Assembly (NCBI GenBank): GCA_051362555.1
Contig: CM120640.1
Location: 9,052,001-9,116,000 of the forward strand
Direction: 5' to 3'
Length of the DNA stretch: 64,000 nt
Source of the DNA: Lingula anatina
Taxonomy: Eukaryota; Animalia; Brachiopoda
Position 1 is the first letter of the stretch, and each line of letters starts with the position of its first letter. Both the position numbers and the translations under genes were made by a program. The notes under the pieces were generated by a model, which saw only the letters and a list, made by a program, of their open reading frames with translations, made no database searches and was not told the origin of the DNA. Positions 1-13,000 of this stretch are shown piece by piece.

Positions 1-399
1 AACCCTAAAATCCGTGAGGGCCTCTGTTGGTCCAATTCTATTAAAAACAAATAATTTAATGACATGAAGAAGGCTAATTTTCTACGCTTAATAACTACTT
101 AGAAAACTATCAGTTTATAAAGATAACGAAGAACAACACTAAATGCCACAGTCTTCTGTTGATTAATAAGTGGTGGAAGTAAAAGGGTTTAAAATGGCAA
201 TTTAAAAATTCTTATTCAAGGAGGGCATACGTGCAAACTATTGGGGGGGGGGGGGGGGCAGGGCCAGATTATTTTTTTATGATAGTTAAGTAACAAATAC
301 GGAAATAGTTTCAGTGGTAAAATAAACGGGTTTAAACTAAAAACATTTACTTAGGATCACACTGAATGATGACATATTTTATTTGCCATATCAACTCAC

Positions 400-2908
400 G
401 TGTTATAGAGCTCTACATCAGGTATCCACACATCTTCACCACGAACTTCTAGTTCACTTAGTCCGCCAAAGTTTCTTGGAAACCACACTAACCTCTTATC
501 TTCCCAGGTCTAAAGGGAAAGCAGTGCATGGACATTAACATTTAATACTTGTTTCAACTTTTAATATTTATACAGATTGAAATAATAAAAACAGACCCAC
601 CAACATGTAAAAAGGGTCGATTAAAGTTCATACGATACTTTGAAACAAAAATGGTCAACCCAAACAAAAACGCCCATCAAGTGCGCGCCTATACGAGCAC
701 ACGGACACGAATCACACACTACGCCACCTGACAACTTTACTCAGGAAAAACTAGTTCTGCACAGTGAATTCGGTAAAGTTCCTTGGTTTAAATTCAACAA
801 CAGTCCAGTGTATTACTAAGGGAAAAGAGAAAACGCTTTCTCACTAATCTTACTAATCAATGCACTAAAAGCGAGCAGAAAAACCCACAAAGATCTCATC
901 AGGAGCAGTGGCGGATTCAAGGGGAAGAGACAGGGGGAATACGTCCCTCGTTTAACCAAGAACACAATGCAACAATTGGAACGACACAAAACCAAGTATT
1001 TCATCCAATCCTGTCCCGTACGTATTACGTTAAAATTCCTCGTCGACTCTTTTGTATATTTGTCACCGCCCCCTCTTTCCCTAACGCCAAAGCCTGGTTC
1101 CGCCAGTGAAGAGGTCCTTCTGAACTTCACACGATTAACCGTTATATCCAATATTGAGCTTGGATATCATGAACCTGACGGTGCCACTTCATCGATGTCA
1201 AGAATACACGCAGAAAACAAGAAAACAAGCAGTTCTGAAACCTATATAACTGAGCCAAAAAATGTATTTTAAAAGCAATTACTGCTAAACCGTGGGAATG
1301 GACGAAAATATACAATTTCGGTGTGTTTTGCTTGAACTGGGTGCTTATAGGGTCAGGGGGAAATATTCAAGAATGCAGATCCTGAGCTTATTTTTAACTG
1401 GCCTTTTTTCTGGTCGCCAAATAAGTGGTTCGTTCACAAGAAAGGGAGACAAAATTATGAATATGTTTAGACATTTTACTCTCTGTGAAATATCACACTT
1501 TTGCCTAATAAGAAGATGGAATCTGAATCAGGTAAGTTTTCATCGTTTTGCCCACTGCTTAAGAAAACCATTAATTCATCTCTCCGATATAAGCCAAATA
1601 TATGACATTGAATACACCCCATCCCCACGTCCAATACCTCTGATATGTCATGGAACATTAAGCCCGTTCCAGCTGTTGCATGTCTAATGCTTACCTCCAA
1701 GGTAAAGGTAATACATAGAGGTGAAGCGTCTGGTACTAGCAGGTTGGCAATGAGAAGAATTTCCCGGGGATGCAAGCTAACTAACTCATATTGTTAGCGT
1801 TATGGAAGAAGGCAGTGAGAGGGCTATTTGGGCTATTGGGCGGTATTATCATTTAACTTGCACAGAACAATTCAATGTTGATTTGACGCCCATACACACA
1901 ATACGTATAGGTTCTTATTCAGGGTGATCCATGAAGGTTTGTGTAAATGCAACACTAAATCTTACCATCTGCAGCCATGCAGCAAAGGAAATGGATTGAT
2001 CTTCCGGATCGAACTCTAGGATCTTCCTCAATATCAGATTGAAAGTCACTGGCACTGGCGACGATATATTCACTGCAGGGCGAACATTTTTGTCATAGTC
2101 TTTAAACAACCGCTCGTAAATGGTATTTTCACTGTGAAAAAGAGCAAACACCATATTTCAGAAAAATACCGATTTCCAACGGGTAACTGTTTTATCAAGA
2201 TATAAGAAAAACAATTAAGTGGTTCAAGAAGGCGAAAATATGATAAGATGACATCTATCAAGTTACCCTATGAAAAACAGAACACGAAGCGTACATATTT
2301 TGTATGGGTGCTGTACATAAAGGTTTACCACTTTGTTCGCTAATATGTGTATATTAATGAACATATAAAAATTAATTTCAGACACAAAACGACAATAAAT
2401 GTGTTATTAAAATTTGCCTCAATTGTTTTTCAAATTTAAACAAATAATGTAAAGCTACACGTTTGTTAGAGTGGAAGCATTTAAAGCAAACTGTTTATCT
2501 TCTAAAGCTTGTTACTCTCCGTAACATAGAATGTACGCCTTTCGATCTTCCTAGCTATTCAAAACTCTTTATTATTATCATTTAAAAAACGCCTATTTTT
2601 CAATAGTCAATGTAATTGTTTTCACTTGTTCACACCAAATCAGAAAACACCAAAGAAGTCACGATTGAATGTAAAATATGAACCCAGACACTGTTTCTAG
2701 TTACATTGGTGTAACACAAGAATGGCAAAATGTGTTACCAAATCGCATGAGAACCGTCGTGCATTAATTCAAATAAAACTTACTCTTGGGCTTGGGCTCC
2801 AATGGTAAGATAGGCAAGTATGCTACAGAAAAGCAAAGTGTTGCACAGCGCGTTGTTGCCTGCACGCCCCATCTCTCTCGGTGTTCCTGCAGAAGAACCA
2901 AGGTTCAT
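400..2908 (-). CDS. Gene A: nAChR/AChBP-family ligand-binding-domain protein, 3'-partial (continues beyond window start); exons 2908-2784, 2131-1966, 509-400
   Basis: Spliced translation: MNLGSSAGTPREMGRAGNNALCNTLLFCSILAYLTIGAQAQD|ENTIYERLFKDYDKNVRPAVNISSPVPVTFNLILRKILEFDPEDQSISFAAWLQM|TWEDKRLVWFPRNFGGLSELEVRGEDVWIPDVELYNT. It has a signal peptide, the L-F-x-x-Y-x-x-x-V-R-P motif, W-x-D-x-R-L-x-W and W-x-P-D-x-x-L-Y-N. Junctions are GT-AG with consistent phases (2,0,2). An alternative start lies at 2872. Confidence 0.9.
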
Positions 2909-5667
2909 GGCAAAAAGCTCCGCACAGCGTGACGTAGCGACGTATTAAGTTTCAGCTGCAGATCGTGATTACTTACTTAGATGTGTTGGTTATCTTTGAT
3001 CCCTATATTGACACGATTCCCGTGGCAGACTTTTTTTAATAAAGGTAACGGCATATAGTCAAAAGCCCTATGACCCCGACACCATCCTACTACATATGAA
3101 CGAAAACTTGACATATGCTAATATGCAGTCAATAATTTCAGCTGGTCTGAAACACTAACCGCCTCGTGTCCGGCTCCCCACGCTACAGCCTGTGTAAAAA
3201 AACTTTCTTAAATTGTACACCACAGGCAAGCAGGAAGTTGTCGAATATTATTTTATCAAGAATAAAATTGGATACTTATATCTCTAGAAAGGTAATTTCT
3301 TCCAACTAGGTTCCACTTGTTACTTTGATGGGTGCTAAGCGTGACGTTAGGTAAGAGACAAAATATATGTTTTGCAACAAACAGTGCCATGCAAAATTAA
3401 TAAATAAATAGATAAAAATCATTTTAGTTAAGTTATATTTACAGAAAATGCATTCTGCTCAACTGGCTCAAAGCATTGCTAAGAACACATGAGATAGACT
3501 GACTGCTTTTAAAAACTAATGTGGCAAAACTATTTCAAAATGCAGTTGCCAAGATAATTACAAAAAAATATTTACAAGAAACTCAACTGTAATAAGGCAT
3601 TGCAAATTACTAGTAGGCCAAATCGATTTAAAATCAAAAGACCACGAATAAAGAATTTCTTTTAAAACAATATTGTATTTCAGCAATTTCTCCATCATTT
3701 TGACCACGTAGCAATTTTTCAAAATGATTGAGAGGCTACTTGAACCTTTTGCCCTAAAGTGACCGCTGAACTATTTCTAAAACCTGTAAATGCCGTTTCA
3801 GTGTAGGGAAACCGTTGCTAACATATGTGAGTCATTACCATTCCAAACATAATACACAGAAACAGAAGTTCCAACTTTGAATTAGGTTTGAGTTATTTCA
3901 AGATTTTCACATCACCAACATTAAAATTGTCTTACAGAAATAAACTATATAACTAACATAGTTTTGATTAGAGTTTTATTTTTTCATCAAATGTACAAAG
4001 TCTCTAAGTGTAACAACATATATACCGTTCATTTTCTGTTCCGTGTAAGTTACACGTTCCAAAAGATGAGATGGCAAAGGTAAATACGTTTTATGCGATT
4101 TCTTTCAGGTGTGTAATTTCTTAGACTAACGATGTTTATTCTTAGGGAAGTATAATATTGTTCTTCAGCGTTTTCAGGGGTACCCCGCGGTTCAAGGGCA
4201 AGACCGAAAATCGGTTTGGTCCTTTAGGTCAATTTTTCCATGAGTCTATCCACATATAAATCAGAGTTGTAGTTTGAACATTTCATTGTCATCTTAGATT
4301 TTTACTTTATATAAAGGACTTCTGCGAATAATCTTGCTATCCAGTTATTATTGACAGTGGACCATAATAGTCCAAGAACAATCACAAAATTATGTAGACA
4401 AGTAATAACTCGAGGAAGGATTAAAATTTCCACAAATAAAACATCTACAGAACAGCTATGAAAACAAAACTTCTGAATCACATGTAGGCTCAGAAAAGGT
4501 CCAGCGACATGCTGTCCCTGCACACCGCTTCAGACCAACAACAACAATTTCTGCCAGTGGGTAACTTGTCAACTTGTCAGGTCAGATTACATTTATTTCG
4601 TGTCTGCAGAATTAGTGAAAATGAGAAACTGAATAAATTGCTGGAATTGCCCTTCCAAAAACGAGTCGAATCTTGAACCGAACATTCAACTTTTGAGAAT
4701 TGAGAACAGTATTTCTGAGTCTCGCCTGGCAGACAAATCTTCATTAACCACGGAATTGACTACCTCGACATCTGCTAAAAAACGATAACATAGATTTTTG
4801 CCTGGGAGTTTCATTCTAGCCCGGAAATAAGCTAAATATTTGGTATTAGGTTTAGTTCACAACTGTGAGCATAACATATCGAGTTCCTTTCCCCCCAGTT
4901 TCATTGATTTTAAATAAAGTATATCATACAAGAAGCAAGACAGATGTAGGCTAACAGCAAAGTCGGTTGCACTAAAAAGACCACAATCAGAGCAGCCCTA
5001 GGAAAAAAGTTTCTCTTGTTTGGCAACAGAAAGAAAGGTCTCACGGGCCAACAGACATTTCAGCGAATTTTTTCCGGCATTATGACTTTTTTGTGGCCTT
5101 TCTGCCTTTACCTAGATGCCAAATCTCTATAAATAACTTTCGGTAGGTTATAGCACCTTCTAGAAACGAAGATAAACAAGTAGATTTTGATGGTCTCTAC
5201 ATGTTGTGATTACACCGTAAAGATTTGAAGCAAAACTGATCTCGGTAGAGGTCAGCATCAAATTTACTCTCCTTTAAAGACTTCGTGTCTGGACATAGTA
5301 TTGAAGGGAGCAAAAAATGACAACTTGGGCAATAGTAAAAGCTACATTTTGTTTTTTGATAGGATAATAAATCCAACTTCGCTATTTGAATGTGATTGAA
5401 GCTACCTGACCCCGGAGGGGATTGTTCTAATAAAGGGTATTAGAATGCACAATCGATTCTGTTTTCTTCATAATATTTTTTTAATTTCCGCAAAAGTTAA
5501 AGAGGAAGCGTTATCGAATGTTTCTGATTTGCATATTGGGTTTATTTTTGTACCCCTGGGCACAACGTTTACAAGAGCTGTGCACCCACCGAGTAGGTTA
5601 AGTTTAAACTAGATGGCAGGGAAATCCCTATTTTTGCTACACGTGTGAAACAAAATCCTCTGTTAAT

Positions 5668-5670
<3 letters not shown>

Positions 5671-5711
<41 letters not shown>
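5671..5711. repeat. (GA)n microsatellite
   Basis: About 20 perfect GA units. Confidence 0.95.
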
Positions 5712-5713
<2 letters not shown>

Positions 5714-6335
5714 TTCCCGAGCCCCACAAGCCAATTTTCCCAGGGAAGTCTGAAGGCCCACTGTGTGCTCCTGAAATAGATACCACTTTGGACCAGGGTG
5801 CTTTATCTGTTTGCATAAATTTCTCTCCAACTAAAATCAAATTCTGTACATCGAGACATTAAACTCTTTCTGGTATGTTAATTAATCAATGCAACTAATG
5901 AAGAACTAATTAACTGACCTTTGCTGAAAAACCCAATTGCTGTTGCTGTTCCATTTGCAGCTGTGTGAACATCCCGCCGCAATCGCTTCATCTCAGCCAC
6001 CGCATCTTCCCAGCAAACCACTGGTCTTGTAACAGAGGCGTCCTTGACATCTTCTGGTATTTAAAACGTGCGTATAACACCTCTAAGGCACTTAAGTAAA
6101 ATATCAGCCTTTTAAACCGTTTTCAACACGTCTTGATGTAAAGACCACGCAAGGCAGACGTTCTTCAAACGTTCTCAAACATTTGTATCATATCTGGAAA
6201 ACTTGGTGTGACAACAACCGAGGCCAATTGAACTTTTGATTACCAACCGATCATAGATAAAATCTGCTCATGTTTCTGGGAAAATTGATCAGGTCTTTTT
6301 GTTCTGGACATCTTATTAAAAACGCAGTTGCAACT

Positions 6336-6376
<41 letters not shown>

Positions 6377-7022
6377 ATGGTAACCCGTCGACCTCAAAAT
6401 GTATTTTAATCTTTCACATGTTGTAGGTTTGGGAATAATGGGATACACATCGGGCCTATCTTGAACCCTAAGATAATGGAAAAGCGCCAGTTTAATACAC
6501 CACATTACAATAATACTGTTCCACCAATCAATAACACATTTCTCCAAAATATGACATTTTTTATTCCACCATATATATACTCAAAATTTGAAAACTCATT
6601 TCCTACTAGTAATCGTTTGCGGATCCAGGATTCTGATAGGGGGTAGGGGGTCACAAAGCAAATATACCATAATATGTAGGGCACGTGAATGGAAAATTGA
6701 TTGGTTTTGGAAGAGATGAATCATAGCTGAACAGATGGCTAGTAGCATCAACTTACAACATAAAAAAAACGTGAAGGGTTAGTATGACTGTTTAGGGGGT
6801 AACAAAATGAAGCCAATGAGAGATCGGACTTCAGCATAAAATACAGATCTAACATATTTCTCTTGTCTAATATTAATATCATATTAAAAAATTAATGCTA
6901 TCTCAACTGCCCTTGCATGGCGGCGATGCAAGTTATTGACGCATCTCCATTTTGGCACCACTTGAGATCGGTTTACATATAAGAAACAGGCACTTCGAAT
7001 GAATTCCTTAATATAATGGTTG

Positions 7023-10000
7023 CTATTGCTGAGAAGCTAAAGCTAGTGCTACTAGAATCCATAGCTGCCACGTGATGATGTGAGACGCTCCTAAGCTTAC
7101 GGGTCCAGCGTCTGAAATTGAGAGAAAATATTATGCATTATGACTGTTGTGTATATGTCCTATAGCTATCGATATCAAGTTCTTGAAATAGCAAGCGGTC
7201 GGTATACTTAGGAAGAAAAATATACAGAGAGAAAGGTCACAATGTATTTTGTAATAGGTCCAACTCGCAGCCCACTAAATAACGCTTTTAAAATAAGCAT
7301 GACACCCAAAAACCAATTTTTCGTATCTCATGCAAATGTTTATGTTCAGAATTTATAATTAATCAAAAACTTTCTCGTGTTTTTGTCTTGTATTGCAAAC
7401 AATATATTTCGTAAATTGCCTTTTGTATCTGCACAAAGTAAAGAAGACAATGTTTTGTTGTAACATATCAGTAATAAACACGGTAATGTATCCTTTTAAA
7501 ATAATTTTTCTATTATAAAATATTTCATTTCACACCCAAACCTAATACACAGGTGCATTTCACATGCTGAAAAATCCAAAGAGTAAAATTGAATGAATAC
7601 AGTTGTATTCAATTTTAAAGCATATGTGTGTATAGAATAAAAATCCACGACTGATAATTGTCTTTATTCCGGGTCATTTGATTAAAAATTTTATATCGCG
7701 TTCCGATATATGTTGTATAGTCATTCAGTTAAGGTAAGTTATAGTTATACATAACGTAAGGAAGTTTTATAAATATTTAAACTGTAACTCGAGGGGCTTT
7801 GCGTCATGTTTAATACTATGTAACGTATGTTCCCCAGAAAAATTGTCAGAAAGTTTCATCTTACCCAAGTACTTGGTGCAATAGGAAACGGGGATTTTTG
7901 TTGCTGACTGAAAATTTATATTGATTCCATGATAGTTTGGTATTTCTGATACAATATTTGGACCACGAATGGAAAATAGTTTATTTAATGCTTATTTTAC
8001 TGTCGGTAGGGTGTATTTTCATCGTTTTTTTAACATTCAGTGACAAGCAAACTCAAGTCGCTTAAAAACAATTAACAAAAACAACTGCTCTATACAGAAG
8101 ATTATCATAATTTTTACAATGTTATACTTGTAGGAGAACAAAACCAATGATGACTGAATTTTCAAAGTGAGTAAATCGTTCACAGCTGCATTTGAGACAG
8201 TAACGTATGTTCCTTTTGTGGGGCTAGACGATGAATTGTTTTTTATTATTCATGGTACCAGGAGAGTGAAACTCTGATACAAGTTGTGGGACCTTAAATA
8301 ATCAAGCACAGTTTGGAATCTATGCACTAAATATTTTAAAGAGCATGCCTATGACCTCATTTGCACCTCTATATTGGGTTTGGGTGTTCAGAGAAAAGCC
8401 TATCTTAACAAATGTCTTTAATTCGTATCTCGACTTACCTGCTGAACGATCCCTGCTTAGCTTGAGTGTGTAGGTTATGTCAGGGATAGTTTTATTAGCG
8501 TTACGCACCGTCGTGGCGTTCAGCAATTTCCACTCCATATCAGCGCTATATTCGGTCAGGTCGAGGTCGTCCCCTACCAAGTCCAGCTGGTCGCCGGGAT
8601 AAACCCAGGACGCGAACTTCAGCTTACACTCGTGAACCTCGTCATTAAGATCTGTGGCGCAGCTAGCTCTGAAATTTGCATCGTCATCATCATCATCATA
8701 ATAATAATAAAAATAGATAAATAGATATAAAAACAGATAAAGAATAAACAAAAAATCGAAAGAAATAATGATTTTAATTAAAATTAATAAATAAATAAGA
8801 GAAAAGGTGCCACGATATGCAGTGATAAGCTGCACTTAGACGAGACACTATAATAATAAACGATACAGCCGGGGAGCCACTGGCCCATATGACCGTTATT
8901 TTCCCGGGGCCGTAGCGATAGTCCGAAGGTTCAATAGTCCGAAGGTTCATTGGTCCGAAGGTTCACTATAGAACCTTCGGACCAATGAACCCTTGATTAA
9001 AAAATCGATGAAAATGTTACCACTTTTCGGACCAATGAACCTTCGGACCAATGAACCTTCGGACTATCGAGACGCCCCCATTTTCCCAATTATTAGATAG
9101 TAGCCTCGTTTTTAAATAGGCCCGCTTCGCCTTGAGAAAATATGGCGGGAATCAGAGGCATAGAATAGGGTAAGATTAAAAGGTGATTATAGAATGACTG
9201 TAGAGGTGTATTTAAAAAGACTTGGCAGAACGATATATTATATGCTTAAGTTATATTGTATACACCAAAAGAATGTTGACATATGTATTTTACAGAGTTT
9301 TCACTGATTTTAGATGCCAGCACCAAAATGGCGTCAGACAAAACTCCGACGTAAACACGCTTTTTTGAATAGAGACAAATGCAGCTGAACAAGTATTTTC
9401 TTTTTCTGTTCACATTTTTAGATAGCTAAATTATCATTTTTGCACATATGAAAATTTTGGAATCCGGAGAAACCTCTGTCTTATAGATTTTGAGCATTTC
9501 CAACAAGGTGTATATTGAGCGTAAAGATCATTGGGTCAATGGTAGCTAGCAGCTTCGTTGGTTTCGTCATTATTGAATGAATGTCATTGTAAGATATTTA
9601 TGCCGTTTTTGTTAGACATGGGCTTAAAAAAGCAGAAAAAGGTGATTTTGAGTTGGCAGTGTGCAGATACTTGCTGTCACACGCTGACTGACGCGCGAGC
9701 GCACACGCGCGTCGCCATCTCATTCTTTCTCTGCCATACACAAGTACGCATATACTTGCACAAACATATGATTTTTAAGTTTGTGAACTATGAAAGAACA
9801 ATCAATAAATGTTTCAATACTGATTGAATTTGAGTCTAGATTACCCTCAGTAATACTATTCAACTATAATTGCTACCTGTTTTGCTATTACAAAGGTTGT
9901 TTATATATTTTAATATATTATTATATATAATATATATAATAAATATATTTAAACATCTATTTTAGTTTATGTGAGTGTGTGTGATAAGAAAACCACTAGA

Positions 10001-13000
10001 AAACAACTTTTTTATGTACCTTTTAAATACTAGTAAATGGGATAAATGGATTTATTCACATTTCTATATGTATATTTCATTAGGCTTGAACAACATGTCT
10101 GGGGCCAGGATGAATCCTTTTGCCATACCTTGATCTGCAATCCTCATGAGTCATGACAGATAGAAGTTGTCCCAGACACCCATCATTTCTGATGCTGTGT
10201 GACATAGAGCACCACCTCAACTTATGGCATACTTTAAAGGGATTACATATTTTTCTTGACTGTAGCTGTTGCTAATATTATCTGTATACTAGTAGATAAT
10301 CAGTAAAATCAAGAATATGCATTCATGGTGTAATGTACATGTAGTTTGTCATTGGCAATTGGACAAAACTTAACTTAGAAATAAAACAATTGAGTAAAAT
10401 CAAATGCAAAGATGGATTGGAATATGACTTGGTAGCAAAAAAAAAAGCTAACCTTGTGAAAATTAATAAAATTATATCATATGTTAAAATTTAAGAATTG
10501 CCCTTTCAAAAGGAATCTGTCTGTTCATTGGCTTAACAATTATGAATTGCAATGTAAATTTGCACTGATTCATTATGAGTAGTGAAAATTATAATCATTA
10601 CAATGCATGTAGTAAATTTAAAAACAATAAAAATTGATATTTTCTGTGATTGTATTGCAGATGATATACAAGTAGCTTGAATGTTAAAATAATAAAAGCA
10701 AAAATAATTAATGAAATATAATACTGGTTCTTCATTTGTTGTTAAATTTTATGTATTGATGAAAAAATTGATATGGTGCATGCAAGTTGGTAATATAGTA
10801 TTCTCTAATACAAAAAAAACTAATAGCATTGAAAAAAGAACAACCAGTAAAATCTGAGTGATAGTCGGGCCATTCCAGCATATTCTGTTTTTTTTTTTTG
10901 TTTTTTTTTTTTGTTTTTTTGCCTCTTCTTCCCAGCACCAGACTATAATATATTCGATAATCAAATCTGCACATTTTCAATACGTACGTGTTTGTGTGTG
11001 CAATAAAGGAAAAGGCCAAAACGAGACTGGGTTACTAAAGAATATAAGAACTCGAAACGAGGCTGATGTACGGATATTGCGAGAGCAATTTTTTGACGGC
11101 ACTCGAGTGTGGTTTGAATCGAGACACTTTCAGCTGAACAAATGCCCCTTGACATGCTTACTATAGCAAAAAGCTGAATAAATTCCTCACATTTTTTCGT
11201 AAATTCTAAAATCCAGAGAGACCTCTATAAGTACAAACATCGGCGTTAAAGTTGGACTTGCGTAATTGCTTTCACAAATTTTTAATTTCAAACTCACTTT
11301 TTTACACAAAAGCGACTTTGGATCAACTCAAGGCGCATCTCAGCTTATTTGAAATTTATTTTTAAAAATGTGAATATAAATAATGATGCATTTGGTATCT
11401 TAATAGCTGAGATATTTCACCCTTTTTGATACCCTCTAAATACTCGAAATTTTGGTCAATTCAAAATAAACTTCCGGTTTCTCTAAAGTCCCCCTAGCGG
11501 CAGCTCAGTGGCTCCCGGGCTGATAATCTGTCTGGATCGGTCTTAACCGGCTTAATTGTCTGTCACGCCTACCGAATCTGCTAGGGTAAAGATAATTACC
11601 ACCCTTAACAGCTTTACTTAGCTTGACGGAAATTTTAGTAAGACTCCCCAGGGAGATAGGTCGATCCAAATATCTGTGGGAATGGTCCCTGAGACTCGAG
11701 TTTGGAAACGCCAAATCCGTTTATAAGGTCTGTATAAAAATCCCGCATACTCTTCTGACACTGGCTTGCAACAGTGGTCACTCGGATCAGTAACTAAGTT
11801 ATCGATCGTCCCAGCAGTAGGGTAGTAAGCACTGATATGGTACTCTTTACCGGACGACCTTCTAGCTGTTCTAACAGTTACAAAATCTGTTTTCTAACAG
11901 CTGGAGGGGCCTCTGTTAAAGTGTACTGATACCGAAAGAAAAAAATCACTTACGTGTATTTCTTAGACGGAACATATATAACCTCGCCATTGTTGGCCAG
12001 TCGAACATTTGTATTGGTCGTGATATCTTCCGTAGGTGCAGCTCTGAGGTTTAAAAGAAATAAAGAAAACAAATTTGGGACGTCATTTTAAGTATAAAGA
12101 TGAAATATGTGTATCATTACATCACGATAATCTTGACAGGTGGGGAAAAGACATCAAACAACGCCGCCATGCTGTTACAGAGTATACTCATCAGCGGCAA
12201 ACACTAGGAAACATCTACAGCAACGGAATGTTCTCTTGATTAAATGGCGAAAAGCTAACATACGTCTTGCTTATGGAGAAACGGTGCCAAGTTAAGTATC
12301 ACTCACGCGTTCATCAGCTGAATATCCGGCACCCATATTTGAGAGGCCGCCACGGCAATCCTGCTTACGTCATTGAAAGAGGCTGGAGTCCATTGAAGAT
12401 TGTCAGCTTTCCACATCTGAAATGAAAAAAGATACTTCGGCTCAATTAGCAATTTGATAAATTAGATTTTAGCTAGAGGTATGTGAGTATCCTGACTGAG
12501 ATGACATAATGAATTGTGTTGATGCTAAAATTGCACTGTTCAATTCTTGATATAACCAAGCAGTTGATACAAAGCCTTGACATAACTAGTTTTTTTTTTT
12601 TTTTTTTTTTTTGCATCAATTAGTAAAATGGCGGATTTTATAAACCACACCTGAAATGAGGCCTGCGATAGCTGAAAATGACCCAAATTGTACCATATTT
12701 TCATTTTTCGCATGGTGAGAAGTGGAGAAATTCTCTTTATGTACATGCAATTAGTGTTTGCAGTTTATAGAGTTCTCCAATATATTATGAACACATCAAT
12801 TTATACAAAAAAAGGGAAAAAATCAACTACCATTGTTTGCCATGCTACAAAGGAAATGTACTGTCTTTTCACGTCGAAATCCAGGATCTTTATCAGTTTT
12901 AAACTCAGTGTAACTTGAAGTGGAGCCTCCGGGTTTTCCGATGGGATGACACCCTTAGAATAACCTCGGGACAGGAACAGCGAGACTTTGAGTCTTGCCT

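Noticed and set aside
816-1775. Several overlapping 99-131 aa ORFs
   Set aside because: They lie within intron 2 of gene A and have no family motifs; exon 2 joins exon 3 in frame without them.
3000-7000. Transmembrane (M1-M4) exons that would make gene C a full receptor subunit
   Set aside because: By eye I found no M1-M3-like hydrophobic exon or receptor motifs between gene C and the start of gene A; a formal tBLASTn would settle it.
8669-8835. N-terminal half of ORF 8320..8835 (hydrophobic stretch plus YYYYDDDDDD), resembling a signal or TM segment
   Set aside because: It is intronic low-complexity (TTA)n/(TGA)n sequence upstream of the acceptor; LBD homology starts at 8668 and matches the phase of exon 4.
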